Source: Eledone cirrhosa (taxonomy: Eukaryota). Taken from it: a stretch of 64,000 nt of DNA. How positions within the stretch are numbered: the stretch's first letter is position 1; every line of letters starts with the position of its first letter. The stretch lies in the NCBI GenBank assembly GCA_964016885.1, contig OZ024766.1:3720001-3784000 (forward strand), read 5' to 3'. Below, piece after piece: positions 41,745-54,221 of the stretch. The notes beneath the pieces are model-generated. The model searched no databases, had not been told where the DNA came from, and saw only the letters and a list, made by a program, of their open reading frames with translations. Made by a program: the position numbers and the translations under genes.

Positions 41745-42473
41745 CTATTTTGACTCTGTATCCAACTGAATTATATCGTTGGTGAAAATGTTTGTATTTT
41801 AAACTTTGCTTCACGACATCTACGTACGGTTTACATTGAGTTCTTTATACGGTTTAGACCCTAGCATTGAGTGGTAGATTTATCTGCGTGTATATATATA
41901 TATATGTAAAGTTATGTTGGTACCACAACATCCAGTCCGAAACAAATGAGGTCGTGTAGGTGTCAACAAAAAAACACACAGTCCACGCTGTAATGTGGCC
42001 GTGTAGGCAACACGGTAAAAACCTCCCAGTTCCACACTGTAAACGTGGTTGGTGTTAGGATGGGCATCCAGCTGTAGAAAACCCACCACACAGTCCACGC
42101 TGTAATGTGGCCGTGTAGGCAACACGGTAAAAACCTCCCAGTCCACACTGTAAACGTGGTTGGTGTTAGGAAGGGCATCCAGCCGTAGAAAACCCGCCAG
42201 ACAGTCCTATGCGAGCAAGACAACCACTCTTGCCTCAAGTGGGAAAACTCCCGTCCAAACCCATGCAAGCGTGGAAGATGGACGTTAAACGATGATGATG
42301 ATATATATATATATATATAGTTTTGTTGACAAATATATCAATATGTCCAGACATGCAGATATATTGCCCTTGGTATGACAGTGTGGTTGTAGCTCAATGT
42401 AGGATAACTAGTATACTACAGAGCCGTTAGCTAATAAAACAATGGATTTCTAAGCACTCTTTGGTTATTCCTA

Positions 42474-42522
<49 letters not shown>

Positions 42523-42534
42523 ATACATCAGAAA

Positions 42535-42583
42535 GCTTTCTGATGATTTCTTTTGAATGAAACAGTTCTAGTCCTGTAGATGC
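42535..42583 (+). ncRNA. Hammerhead-like motif with weak stem II; truncated minus-strand copy at about 6366-6410
   Basis: GCUUU-CUGAUGA-UUUC(UUUU)GAAU-GAAA-CAG(UUCUAGUC)CUG-U-A-GAUGC. Confidence 0.45.
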
Positions 42584-42877
42584 CATTTCTATATTAACCC
42601 TTTAATGTTCAAACCGGCCAAAACTGGCCAGAATTCTCTACCTCTTTCTGTTGAAACTGGCTGTAACTGGTCACTCAAACTGATGTTAAGGTATTGTTCT
42701 CAAAATAAATACTTTCAAAATCTCATAGATTCGAAATTATGTGAGGTATTATGTGAGGTAAAGCCTTTACTGTGAAAATATAATAGTATATATAGAGTAA
42801 TGTAAATGTTATGTGAGGTATTATGTGAGGTAAAGCCTTTACTGTGAAAATACAATAGTATATATAGAGTAATGTAA

Positions 42878-43894
42878 AATTTTTTCCCTTCGATTTATAT
42901 GAAATTTAAACCATAGGTAAATGACAACATATGATGCCTATTCACAATATTTCAGCAAATTTCAATAATATTAAGACACCCTAATAGGTTAAACCCCCTA
43001 TTAGGGTTCCCCGGAGGCACAAACCCCCGTTGAAAATTTTTTTCCCTTCGATTTATATGAAATTTAAACCATAGGTAAATGACAACATATGATGCCTATT
43101 CACAAAATTTCAGCAAATTTCAATAATATTAAGACACCCTAAAAGGGTTAAACCCCTATAGTGAAATTTTTGGCCAATAAATGGAACAAGATGTGTTGTA
43201 ACAAGATTGCATGAGAACTTGATTGAAGCAACCATTATATTCGGGCCTTACAAAGGTCAAGCTCTTCTCATTCCAAGAATTCCACTTATACCAAGTGATA
43301 GCGAATTGCCTTTTACATTTAAGAGGCTGCAATCCCCAGTGAGGCCATGCTTTGCCATGAGCATCAATAAGAGTCAAGGTTAAACTTTCAAAACTATTGG
43401 TATAGATCTGATAAACCCAGGTTTCAGTCATGGCATGTTTTATGTGGCCGTTTCAAGGACTGGAACTTGAAAAAAAAAAATCTCTACATTTTAGCCAACC
43501 AAAGAAAGCCAAGAAATGTTGTTTACCCTGAAGTTCTTCATTAGGACAAAGTATGAAATATATTTATTATGTTAAAAAAATAAAAAAATAAAACTTTGAA
43601 TTTCTAATTTGAAAAATAATGCTTTACACAACAATGAAATGATCAAGTTTTGAATTGATATTTAAAAAAAAATTATTTACAAGAAACAAAACATGAATAA
43701 GATTTAATGTAATTTTGATTTGATATATTACAAAAAATAATGTTTTCCAATTTTTTCATGCATTACATTTTACATTGAGTAATATTGAAATGCAGAGTTT
43801 TTCTCCATAAATTATATCACCGATTTAAAATCAATCATCAGTTTCTTACAAAAGAAATGTGTGAAACGCAGCAAGGCGCGGGTAATTTGGCTAG
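42878..43894 (+). mobile_element. Helitron 3' fragment with PIF1-helicase remnant and an internal minisatellite
   Basis: 43195-43470 translates as ..[52 protein letters not shown]. The element ends ...ggcgcgggtaatttggCTAG|T. Confidence 0.88.
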
Positions 43895-43926
<32 letters not shown>

Positions 43927-43969
43927 ATGGTTAACATTCCAGAATGACCAATTCTACTCAGTGGTAAAC

Positions 43970-44000
<31 letters not shown>

Positions 44001-44244
44001 GAGGTCGTGTAGGTGTCACGATTAAAAGAAACACACGGTCCACGCTGTAATGTGGCCGTGTAGGTAACACGGTAAAGACCTCCCAGTCCACACTGTAAAC
44101 GTGGTTGGTGTTAGGAAGGGCATCCAGCCATAGAAAACCCGCCAGACAGTCCTATATGAGCAAGACAACCACTCTTGCCTCAAGTGGGAAAATTCCCGTC
44201 CAAACCCATGCTAGCGTGGGAGATGGACGTTAAAACGATGATGA

Positions 44245-44293
<49 letters not shown>

Positions 44294-45044
44294 TATATAA
44301 TGTATTACCTGCTTGTGTGTTGTATGTATTACCTGCTATATTTATATATATATATATATATGGAGGCACATGGCTTAGTGGTTAGAGCATTGGCCTTGCA
44401 ATCGAAAGGTTGTGAGTTCAATTCTCAGACTGGGTGATGTGTTGTTTCCTTGAGCAAGACACTTTATTTCAGCATATGACCATCCCTAAATATGGCCACC
44501 CCCAAATATAACAATACACACACATATATAGTTTATATAGCAACAGGATTATATGGAGAAGTATTTGCCACGCTCTATTTCTCTCCTATTGCTCGAGATT
44601 TAAAAGTATTAAACACAATAACCTGGCTGCATGACAGGTTATTGTGTATATATATAAATAAATATATATATATATAGAAGTGGTTACATAATAGTTAGTT
44701 CACCATAACCTAACTGTTGTGTAACCACTTCTACCTTACTCGTCCCATGAACTGAGTGCTCTACCACTACGGATATTACCTTCCAGTGTTCTACCACTAT
44801 ATATATAGGGAGGTACATGGCTTAGTGGTTAGAGCATTGGCCTTGCAATCAAAAGGTTGTGAGTTCAATTCTCAGACCGGGTGATGTGTTGTTTCCTTGA
44901 GCAAGACACTTTATTTCACATTGCTCCAGTTTACTCAGCTGTAGAAATGAGATGATAGGGACTGGGGTCCCTATCATTCCACTGCAAAGTGGTCGTGGAG
45001 GTGCCACGGCAAAAAACAGCACCCAGCACCTTACCCCTCTTATA

Positions 45045-45855
45045 CACATATCGACTGTGTATAAGAGGGGTAAGCTGTAGTGTGCAGGAGAGAAGACTGC
45101 GTTGGTATGGACATGTGGTGTACATGGAGGATGACCGCTGAGTAAAGAAGTGCCAAGAAATCCCAGTATAAGGAAGAAGCAGTTGAGGTAGACCACGTAA
45201 AACATGGGCGGAGGTGGTGAGAGAGAGAAGCTGTGTATAAAAGGGATAAGTTGTGGTGTGTGGGAGAGAAGACTGTGTTGGTATGGACATGTGATGTGTT
45301 GAGAGAGAAACTGTGTATAAGATGGATAAATTGTGATGTGTAGGAGAGAAGACTGTGTTGGTATGGACATGTGATGTGTTGAGAGAGAAACTGTGTATAA
45401 GATGGATAAGTTGTGATGTGTAGGAGAGAAGACTGTGTTGGTATGGACATGTGATGTGTTGAGAGAGAAACTGTGTATAAGATGGATAAGTTGTGGTGTG
45501 TGGGAGAGAAGACTGAGGTGGTATAGACATGTGATGTGTTGAGAGAGAAACTGTGTATAAGATGGATAAGTTGTGGTGTGTGGGAGAGAAGACTGCATTG
45601 GTATGGACATGTGATGTGCATGGAAGATGACCGCTGGGTAAAGAAGTGCCAAGAAATCCCAGTAGAAGGAAGACGTGGTAGAGGAAGACCATGAAAAACA
45701 TGGGCGGAGGTGGTGAGAGCTGACCTCAGATCGCTGAAGCTTACGGAGGAGATGACGATGGGCCATGACGAACGGAGGGATGCTGTGCTGAATAGGACCC
45801 ATCCCACCCTTGCAAGCAGGGAAAAGCAGATGTAAAATGATGATGATGATGATGA
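45045..45855 (+). mobile_element. RTE LINE 3' end with five tandem 80-bp internal units
   Basis: RRLHWYGHV..MEDDRWVKKC..VEGRRGRGRP.KTW.EVV..DL, ending in an (ATG)n tail. A second short copy lies at 41005-41193. Confidence 0.8.
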
Positions 45856-46123
45856 TTATTATTATATAAACACATTATATAGATATAATTGATTATACTG
45901 GAGTAATGTGAAATGAAGTGTTTTGCTCAAGAACACAACACACAACCCAGTCGCATGACCTTAGGATCGTGGGTCGAACACCCTTACCGCTGGTATATCA
46001 GTCTAGTGTTTCAAGGGAAATGTGATGCATTAGAAAGGAGCAACTACTAAGGGTATAGAATACATTAGGGAAGCTCTTCAACTTCGCACACTACTATTTT
46101 CAGAGGAGAGTCTTAAAAACCTT

Positions 46124-46870
46124 AAAACCAGCAGGCCCTGTTAGAAGCAACAGTCTTCAACTGATTGGGCTAGATCCCTACTAAGTGAGAACAGCCAAAT
46201 TCATAGATGTAATCCAACCCTTTTTCTCAGGGAAAACCAGCAGGCCCTGTTAGAAGCAACAGTCTTCAACTGATTGGGCTAGATCCCTACTAAGTGAGAA
46301 CAGCCAAATTCATAGATGTAATCCAACCCTTTTTGCTCAGGGAAAACCAGCAGGCCCTGTTAGAAGCAACAGTCTTCAACTGATTGGGCTAGATCCCTAC
46401 TAAGTGAGAACAGCCAAATTCATAGATGTAATCCAACCCTTTTTCTCAGGGAAAACCAGCAGGCCCTGTTAGAAGCAACAGTCTTCAACTGATTGGGCTA
46501 GATCCCTACTAAGTGAGAACAGCCAAATTCATAGATGTAATCCAACCCTTTTTGCTCAGGGAAAACCAGCAGGCCCTGTTAGAAGCAACAGTCTTCAACT
46601 GATTGGGCTAGATCCCTACTAAGTGAGAACAGCCAAATTCATAGATGTAATCCAACCCTTTTTGCTCAGGGAAAACCAGCAGGCCCTGTTAGAGGCAACT
46701 GGTTCCAATTGGTTCATCTAGATCCCCAAATGAGACCAGCCAAGCTCATGGATGTTATCCAACCAGCTTGCTCAGAGAAAACCAGCAGGCCCTGTCAGAA
46801 GCAACTGATCCAGCTGGGTCCCTAAGTGAGAACAGCCAAGCTCATAGATGTTATCCAACCATCTTGCTCA
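46124..46870. repeat. Approximately 110-bp tandem repeat (5 near-identical plus 2 diverged copies)
   Basis: Unit aaaaccagcaggccctgttagaagcaacagtcttcaactgattgggctagatcc... Confidence 0.88.
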
Positions 46871-48369
46871 TGGTTTACCACTTGGGGTCTCCTGCCAGTT
46901 GATTATGCCCATAAAATCTATCCTGGAATATATGATATTACTCAAGGGAAAGGGCTGATATAACTTGGCATCTGTGTCATCGCTATATACATTTCTTGAT
47001 AGACTTATCCCTGGCAGGGTCCTCAAACACACCTTTCAACAGGTCCTGTCAGAAGCAACCATCTCCAACTGATCTGGCTGGATACCCAAGAGAGAGACCA
47101 ACCAAGCTCATGGATGTTATCTAACCATCTTGCTCAAGGTCTACCTCTAGGTCTCCTGCTGGTTGGTTTCGCCCATAAAATCTGTCCAGAGATTCTTTCC
47201 TCAGACATTCTAACCACATGTCTGTAGTATCAGAGCTGTGGTCTCTCAATTCAGAGATTCTTTCCTGAGACATTCTAACCACATGTCTGTAGTATCAGAG
47301 CTGTGGTCTCTCAATTCAGAGATTCTTTCCTGAGACATTCTAACCACATGTCTGTAGTATCAGAGCTGTGATCTCTCAATCCAGAGATTCTTTCCTGAGA
47401 CATTCTAACCACATGTCTGTAGTATCAGAGCTGTGATCTCTCAATCCAGAGATTCTTTCCTGAGACATTCTAACCACATGTCTGTAGTATCAGAGCTGTG
47501 GTCTCTCAATTCAGAGATTCTTTCCTGAGACATTCTAACCACATGTCTGTAGTATCAGAGCTGTGATCTCTCAATTCAGAGATTCTTTCCTGAGACATTC
47601 TAACCACATGTCTGTAGTATCAGAGCTGTGATCTCTCAATTCAGAGATTCTTTCCTGAGACATTCTAACCACATGTCTGTAGTATCAGAGCTGTGATCTC
47701 TCAATTCAGAGATTCTTTCCTGAGACATTCTAACCACATGTCTGTAGTATCAGAGCTGTGATCTCTCAATTCAGAGATTCTTTCCTGAGACATTCTAACC
47801 ACATGTCTGTAGTAACAGAGCTGTCATCTCTCAATTTGAAGTAGTAGCAGCTCTACCTGGAGTGACTCTCTGATTTCTGAGCTACAAATCTGTCCAGTGA
47901 TTCTTTCTTGAGACATTCTAACCCCTAAATATATATATATTTATATACATAAATATATATATATACATAAATATATATAATAATTGTTTCTACTTTTGGC
48001 ACAAGGCCAGCAATTACCCAGTGTATTACTGGTACTTTATTTTATCTACCCCATAAGGATGAAAGGCAAAGTTAACCTCAGCGGGATTTGAACTCAGACC
48101 ATAAAGGGCCGTAACTCTTTGCTGCAAAGCATGGTGTCCTATTATATATAAATATATATAATAATAATACTATTTATAGTTATGTATATAGTATAAACAA
48201 CTATAAACAGGAAGGTCAGTAATTTCCTTATTACCAGTAAGAGAAATAGCTCAATGTAAGAAGATCAGTTGTTTTACAGAGCATATTATATATATATATA
48301 TATATATTAGAAAGTGAGGTTTTTTTTTACAAAATGAAAAATAACCGAGGTGTCCTACACGAGTGAAAG

Positions 48370-48643
48370 TATAAAGAAAAAGAGATGAAATCGAAAATGC
48401 AACTGAAGTCTTATTTTTAAAAAAAATATATATATTTATTTGGTTCCTTTACCGGTTTCGCAGTTCTTCTGCTTTTCAAAAGGTGAGTTGAGATGGAGGG
48501 TCTGTGAGAAAAACCACAGACCCTCCATCTCAACTCTACTTTTGAAAAGCAGAAGAACTGCGAAACCGGTAAAGGAACCAAATAAATATATATATTTAAA
48601 AAAAAAAATAAGACTCCAGTTGCATTTTCGATTTCATCTCTTT

Positions 48644-48650
<7 letters not shown>
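48370..48650. repeat. Long near-perfect inverted repeat (arms about 135 bp, loop about 8 nt)
   Basis: ...gagatggagggtctgtg agaaaaac cacagaccctccatctc... Confidence 0.9.
48446..48483 (-). ncRNA. Variant hammerhead ribozyme with U3-A8 core (UUGAAAA)
   Basis: CCUU-UUGAAAA-GCAG(AAGAA)CUGC-GAAA-CCGG-U-A-AAGG. Mirror copy at 48539-48574 (+) and a decayed copy at about 2772-2807 (+). Confidence 0.6.
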
Positions 48651-48683
<33 letters not shown>

Positions 48684-48786
48684 TAATGCGATGAAATACC
48701 AATGATGGTTGGCAAATCACTGATGAGGGACTAATTTTATAATATGTAATCCATGTGCAACCATGCAGTATTCTTCTCCCCTTGTT

Positions 48787-48824
<38 letters not shown>

Positions 48825-48959
48825 GTTTACATGCCAACATAAGAGCAAGAATGGGGAACTCATTCTACTGACATGGCTTTCAAAATGGAGGCTCGAATCG
48901 AATATTATTAATATTCGAAAAACTCAGATTATATTTATATATACACTCATATACATATT

Positions 48960-49040
<81 letters not shown>

Positions 49041-49215
49041 CAAAGGAATTGTGGTAAGGAATCAGATGGACCATAACGCACCAGAGTACTCAATACTTAG
49101 GGTAGTAGAGTGGGAAATAGGAAAAAGTATGACCCCGACGGTAGAGCTCAAGCCGTTTTTTGACTCCAGAAATAGCCGTCAAAACGTCTTGAGCTCTGCC
49201 GTCGGGGCCATACTT

Positions 49216-49272
<57 letters not shown>

Positions 49273-49799
49273 CGTGTACGGGAACCTTATAGGCACCCGT
49301 TTTACGTGTGTTGTGTTAAGGCAACTAACTGTGTGTATACTCTGGTAATGTATCTTACATTGCCCATTGAGTGCGCTGAGATACAACCGGTACTGGCACT
49401 GATAAATATGCTGGGTCCGTCAACCCTTATTATATAAGGCTCTGTTTAACTACATTGAGCTATACCTTTTACTGTCATTTCTATAATACGAAGAGGGTGT
49501 TTACCTCCAACACACTCCAGTATTTTAACCCTTATATATATATATATATTGTTAAACAATATCGGTTTCAACACACGATTTCAGATAAAGAATCTTGCCA
49601 AACAAATTCAGAAACGAAATATATATATATATATATATATATATAGTCCAGAATTAGCCGTCGAAACGGCTTGAGCTCAGCTGTCGGGGTCTTACTGGTT
49701 CCTATTACCCACTCTACTACCTCAAGTATTGAGTACTTTGGTGCGTTATGGTCCACCTGGTTCCTTACCACATTTCCTTCGTTATATATATATATATAT

Positions 49800-49927
49800 A
49801 TAGGAACGAGTAGGACCCCGACGGCTGAGCTCAAGCCGTTTCGACGGTTAATTCTGGACTAAATTTAGTCCAGAATTAGCCGTCGAAACGGCTCGAGCTC
49901 AGCCGTCGGGGTCCTACTCGTTCCTAT
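49800..49927. repeat. Spacer-less palindrome with 64-bp arms
   Basis: Centred on ggactaaa|tttagtcc, with two mismatches. Confidence 0.9.
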
Positions 49928-50002
49928 TACCCACTCTACTACCCTAAGTATTGAGTACTTTGGTGCGTTATGGTCCACCTGGTTCCTTACCACATTTCCT
50001 TC

Positions 50003-50087
<85 letters not shown>

Positions 50088-50195
50088 TCTTTTTAAGCAT
50101 GACCATTACGAGCTGATGATCCGCTAAGGTGAACAAACTGTTGTGTGTTACCACTTCTATATATATATATATACGATACGTTTTGATTCATCATT

Positions 50196-50226
<31 letters not shown>

Positions 50227-50729
50227 GCATACACGAATAATGAATCAAAACGTATCAAATAAGTTTAGAATTTAGTGTTTCTCAATAAGTAAGCTTAATA
50301 GATTAGCGCCATAATAAACCAAATTAAAAGATATATGTGTACTCGTAGAGAGAGCCATATATCGGAAAAGTAACACGCTATTTTGTATATATACTAAACA
50401 CATATTCTATACAAGAATATGTATACAGGTGGAAATATATATCTATATTATATACGAGAGATGGAGACAAACGTACGTGTTAGACATGTGACTCGTAACA
50501 CAGGTATGTGTATATATAATATATATATATATATATACATACATACACACCACCCTTATCCAGTCAACACAGGATTTAGATCTTTATATTTATTACTACT
50601 ATATTATTTATATATATATATATATATATATAACAAAACAAGTGTGTGGGTGGGTGTATATATCACAAAAAAAGCGTGTGTGTGTGTGCGTATATATATA
50701 CACACACATACATATGTGTATATACATAT

Positions 50730-51365
50730 ATGTACGGTAGAGGATGACAAAATGGAGGAGGATGCTGGAAAAGGAGGAAGAAGGTCGGAAAAAAGAGCGA
50801 ATGCAAGGGGGAGATAACCTATTCGCCGTTCGTTGCCGGAAGTTTGTGTTGAGACAGGAAGACGACAGCGGAAGCAGACGTAACTGTCATTAACATAATA
50901 TATACATCATTATACACACACACATTCCTATATATGCTTGTGTGTGTGTATATATATATATTTCTATAGATACATACACAAATAAATATCTATACGCATA
51001 TATATATATATATATAAACGTACAAACATATATTCCCTTTCACTCAGTACTAATGTACTAAATTGTTCTCTATGTGTGTGTATATATATATATATACATA
51101 CATTTATGTATAGTAATAATAAATGTGAAGACTAAATTCGGAAGGGCTCGATAAGGATTATATATACACACATATATATATATATAAACCCGTAGAGCAA
51201 ATATATATATACATATACACAAGTATACAGGGTGTCCCAAGGAATATATATATACACACTCACACTGTTGAAGTGTGTATACACTGTGGAAGCGTGTATA
51301 CACTGTTGAAGAAGCGTGTATACATTTGTTGGGGGGAGGCGGGAGGCGGGAAGGGGAGAGATACC
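50730..51365. promoter_or_regulatory. Possible promoter-like region: ETS motif CCGGAAGT (50836-50843) and tandem GC boxes GGCGGG (about 51338-51350)
   Basis: Motifs are seen directly in CpG-retaining unique sequence next to the candidate first exon. Confidence 0.3.
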
Positions 51366-51433
51366 CTGTGTATGTGTATATATAAACATATATATACATA
51401 TATAAACATATATATATATATATATATACGCAC

Positions 51434-51764
51434 AATCAAAGTCTGGTTCGCTTGCTTCTTCTTCTTCTGTTGCTTCTTCTTCTTCTGTTGCTTCTTCTTC
51501 TTCTGTTGCTGCTTCTTCTTCTGTTGCTGCTTCATCATCAACTTCATCATCAACTTCAACTTCATCTTCAACTTCAACTTCATCTTCAACTTCTTCCTCC
51601 AGCAAGCGACGTCTTGATCGGACATTCTTCATACATTTCCAGAGAAATAGGAAAACTAACATTACAAGCAATGATAAAAAGAGCCACAATAATGCTGGTA
51701 CTACATAGCTGGAGAAGTAGCTGTAAAACATGTCAACGGTCTTGGCAGTGCTATACGCGTCCAT
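51434..51764 (-). CDS. Candidate first coding exon (110 aa + 1 nt): short N-terminus, transmembrane helix, KCMKNVRSRRR, acidic E/D/A/T repeat; probably spliced to PKA-C exon 2
   Basis: Strong Kozak context aagATGG with an in-frame TAG upstream. Hydrophobic run VVPALLWLFLSLLVMLVFLFLW. Ends GAT T|gtgcgt (phase 1), matching the phase-1 start of exon 2. The link to PKA is inferred. Confidence 0.6.
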
Positions 51765-51904
51765 CTTGAGAAAATTCAAAACCTAAGCCAAGCCAAACCA
51801 AACGAGATGGACTCATGAACATCATTTGATATGAAAGAGAATACTCTCAAAGCGAATGTAAAAAGCAACGAGAAAACTCGGATCTTCATCTATCTATCTA
51901 TCTA

Positions 51905-52822
51905 CTGGCAGGCGGACCCGGCGATCAGTGGAGACTCCACTTCGTCATTCTATAGAGGGTTGATCGGCAGCAAGTGCGACGACGCGCTCGGTGAAACTCT
52001 AGGCGTAGAGGAAGATGAACTGGCCAGTCTGTTCGGTAGGACCTTCCGCCCGGGACCGATGGACACCTTCCAAAAGTCCCTGGCCTGGCAGTGCTACCGA
52101 GGAGCTCTACCAGTTCGAGACAAGCTCTACAGACATGGGCGCCCGGGCAGGGACCCTGCAAAAAAGATCTGTCCGAGGTGCGTGCGTAACGAAGAAACCG
52201 TCGCGCACGCATTCATACACTGCCCGGGCGTCACTGACCTGTGGGTCTATGTAGAACGACTATTGTTGCGGGTGGGACCAATCCGGTTGACCACCGAGTC
52301 CATTGTCATGATCAAACCGCCACCCTCCTTCAAAAACGAAGGAGAGGCGGTTTTCCTTTGTGTGATAGCTATGGCGAAAGAGGTTGTATGGTGGACAAGG
52401 TTGAAAGGGCTGAGGTCAGACACCTTTCTCTCCGGCGAGCAACTGATTCTTTTTTTCAAATACCACTTTGGAAGAAGAGTCAGGATGGAGAGAGAGGTGC
52501 TGTACCCCAGCAAGTTTTATGAAAGGTGGGTGAAAGTGGCGAGAATGTCCCGAGTGAATGGGCCTTCTCTCTATATCAGCCTGTAGGTTGAGGAAAAGGA
52601 GGAGAGGAAAGGAGTACAAACTCTTCGTACTCCTGGAGATGAGGGTTTCACATTTTTTCAGGGGTATGTGTTACCCATATGTAATGTCTTCCCCTATTGG
52701 GGAAAATCGACTAATTTTTTAAATTGCATTTATGATAACATTTTACACGTTTTTATTGTATGTAAACTTCCCCCTTTGTATTTGTCCCCTTCTTTTGTGC
52801 CCCTGTGGCTAATAAAGAAACA
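51905..52822 (+). mobile_element. 5'-truncated Tx1/L1-clade non-LTR retrotransposon (ORF2 C-terminal zf-RVT region and 3' UTR)
   Basis: ORF with ...AWQCYRGALPVRDKL...CPRC..EETVAHAFIHCP (CCHC zinc finger), open to the stop at 52586. AATAAA near 52811. Sits in a (TATC)n tract. Confidence 0.85.
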
Positions 52823-53443
52823 TATCTATGTATCTCTCTCTATATATATACCTATGTTAAGTGATTCCGAAGAAAAGCAAAGGAAAAAAAGACTGCTCCA
52901 TGTATAAAACAGAACCATTCAATTAGAAAGGTTATCACAACCTTTCTAATCTTTAATCTGTTATTTTAATAAATAAATATATATATATATATATATATAG
53001 GAAAAAGTATGACCCCGACGGCAGAGCTCAAGCCGTTTCAACGGCTATTTCTGGACTAGTCCATGGCGGAACAGTCAGATCTGCACATTAGCAGATCTAC
53101 TGATCCATTTTTTTAATTTTATTTATTCGAATGTAGCAAAGCCAGCCATTTATCGCTCGTATACAGGAAACTGACTCTCAGCCAGTCTGCTTAAATGCAA
53201 ATCAGGCCGATCACTCACTGTATATTTTAGAAAATATCATATATTTTCACTAGCTCTGACAGTTTGGCAGGTGAACAGTGAGCTGTACTGATGAAGGGTG
53301 ATACACAGAAACATTGGTATCTGCAGTTCTGTTCACATGCCAACACAAGAGCAAGAATGAAGGGCTCATTCTACTGACATGGCTATAAAATTGAGGCTTG
53401 TTTGTATAATTGCAAACGAATCGAATGTTATTATTAATATTCG

Positions 53444-53632
53444 GAGGGCGGTGGATTGGCAGTATCGGTAGAGGGCCGGACGCCATGCTTTGACGCATAG
53501 AGTTACGTCCCTTGCCAATCTGAGTTCAAATCCCGCCAAAGTTAACTTTGCCTTTCATCCTTACGGGGTCGATAACATAAAGTACCAGCAATGCACTGGG
53601 TAATTGCTGGCCTTGTGCCTAAAGTAGAAACA
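53444..53632 (+). mobile_element. Full-length SINE with a Nin-like domain and a 14-bp target-site duplication
   Basis: Core gcctttcatccttacggggtcgataa. TSD attattaatattcg at 53430-53443 and 53633-53646, with the empty site at about 48904. Other copies at 26210-26405, 27765-28215, 30330-30815, 47980-48140 and 55548-55645. Confidence 0.8.
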
Positions 53633-53671
53633 ATTATTAATATTCGAAAAACTCAGATTACATTTATTGTA

Positions 53672-53834
53672 TTCAGCCATGGACACACTGGAAGGGGAAG
53701 ACCGAGGTTAACGTATGTTGATGCCCTAAGGAAAGGCACTGGTCTGTTGGAGACGCAGGACATGGCAGCGATAATGAGGAACAGAGACCGCTGGAGAGAA
53801 CTCGTCCATGGATCTCGGGAATTTTACCCGCCCT

Positions 53835-53836
<2 letters not shown>
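53672..53836 (+). mobile_element. RTE-like LINE C-terminal fragment
   Basis: HG..GRGRPRLTYVD.L......M..RDRWR.LV. Confidence 0.65.
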
Positions 53837-53877
<41 letters not shown>

Positions 53878-54020
53878 ATTGATGACGGATGCTGAAAGCG
53901 TCCATAAGCGGTAGGCCGTTTAAGTATGATATCACATAGAAAACGAAGAATCAGTGTTGCGACGAATAAGATTTATTAGACATATTATAATCGTTTGGAA
54001 ACTGCTTCGTAGAAAATCGA

Positions 54021-54115
54021 GACGTATCTGAGGATCTTGCGATTTCAGAGTCAGGTTCGATCATTGCATCGATCGTGCCTCGAGCTGGTCGCCAGAGAAA
54101 CAATTGTAATATGTC
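54021..54115 (+). ncRNA. Type I hammerhead ribozyme with extended stem II
   Basis: Stem I GACGUAU/AUAUGUC, core CUGAGGA, stem II UCUUGCGA/UCGCCAGA, GAAA, palindromic stem III ACAAUUGU, GUA cleavage after 54108. Confidence 0.75.
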
Positions 54116-54158
54116 TAAGAAATGTTAATCGTCGCAACACTGATTCTCCGTTTCTTAT

Positions 54159-54221
<63 letters not shown>

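Noticed and set aside
49358-49366. ATG GGC AAT|gtaaga (MGN) as canonical myristoylated PKA exon 1
   Set aside because: Only three codons and a phase 0 donor, incompatible with phase-1 exon 2; it lies in a repeat-like segment. The true MGN exon is probably outside the window.
50819-50890. Short ORF MTVTSASAVVFLSQHKLPATNGE
   Set aside because: Ends in a stop with no convincing donor; more likely promoter or UTR sequence.
53219-53240. MIFSKIY + A|gtgagt, a phase-1 mini first exon
   Set aside because: Good donor, but adjacent sequence is a dispersed repeat also present at 48820-48930. It could be a 5' UTR exon but there is no support.
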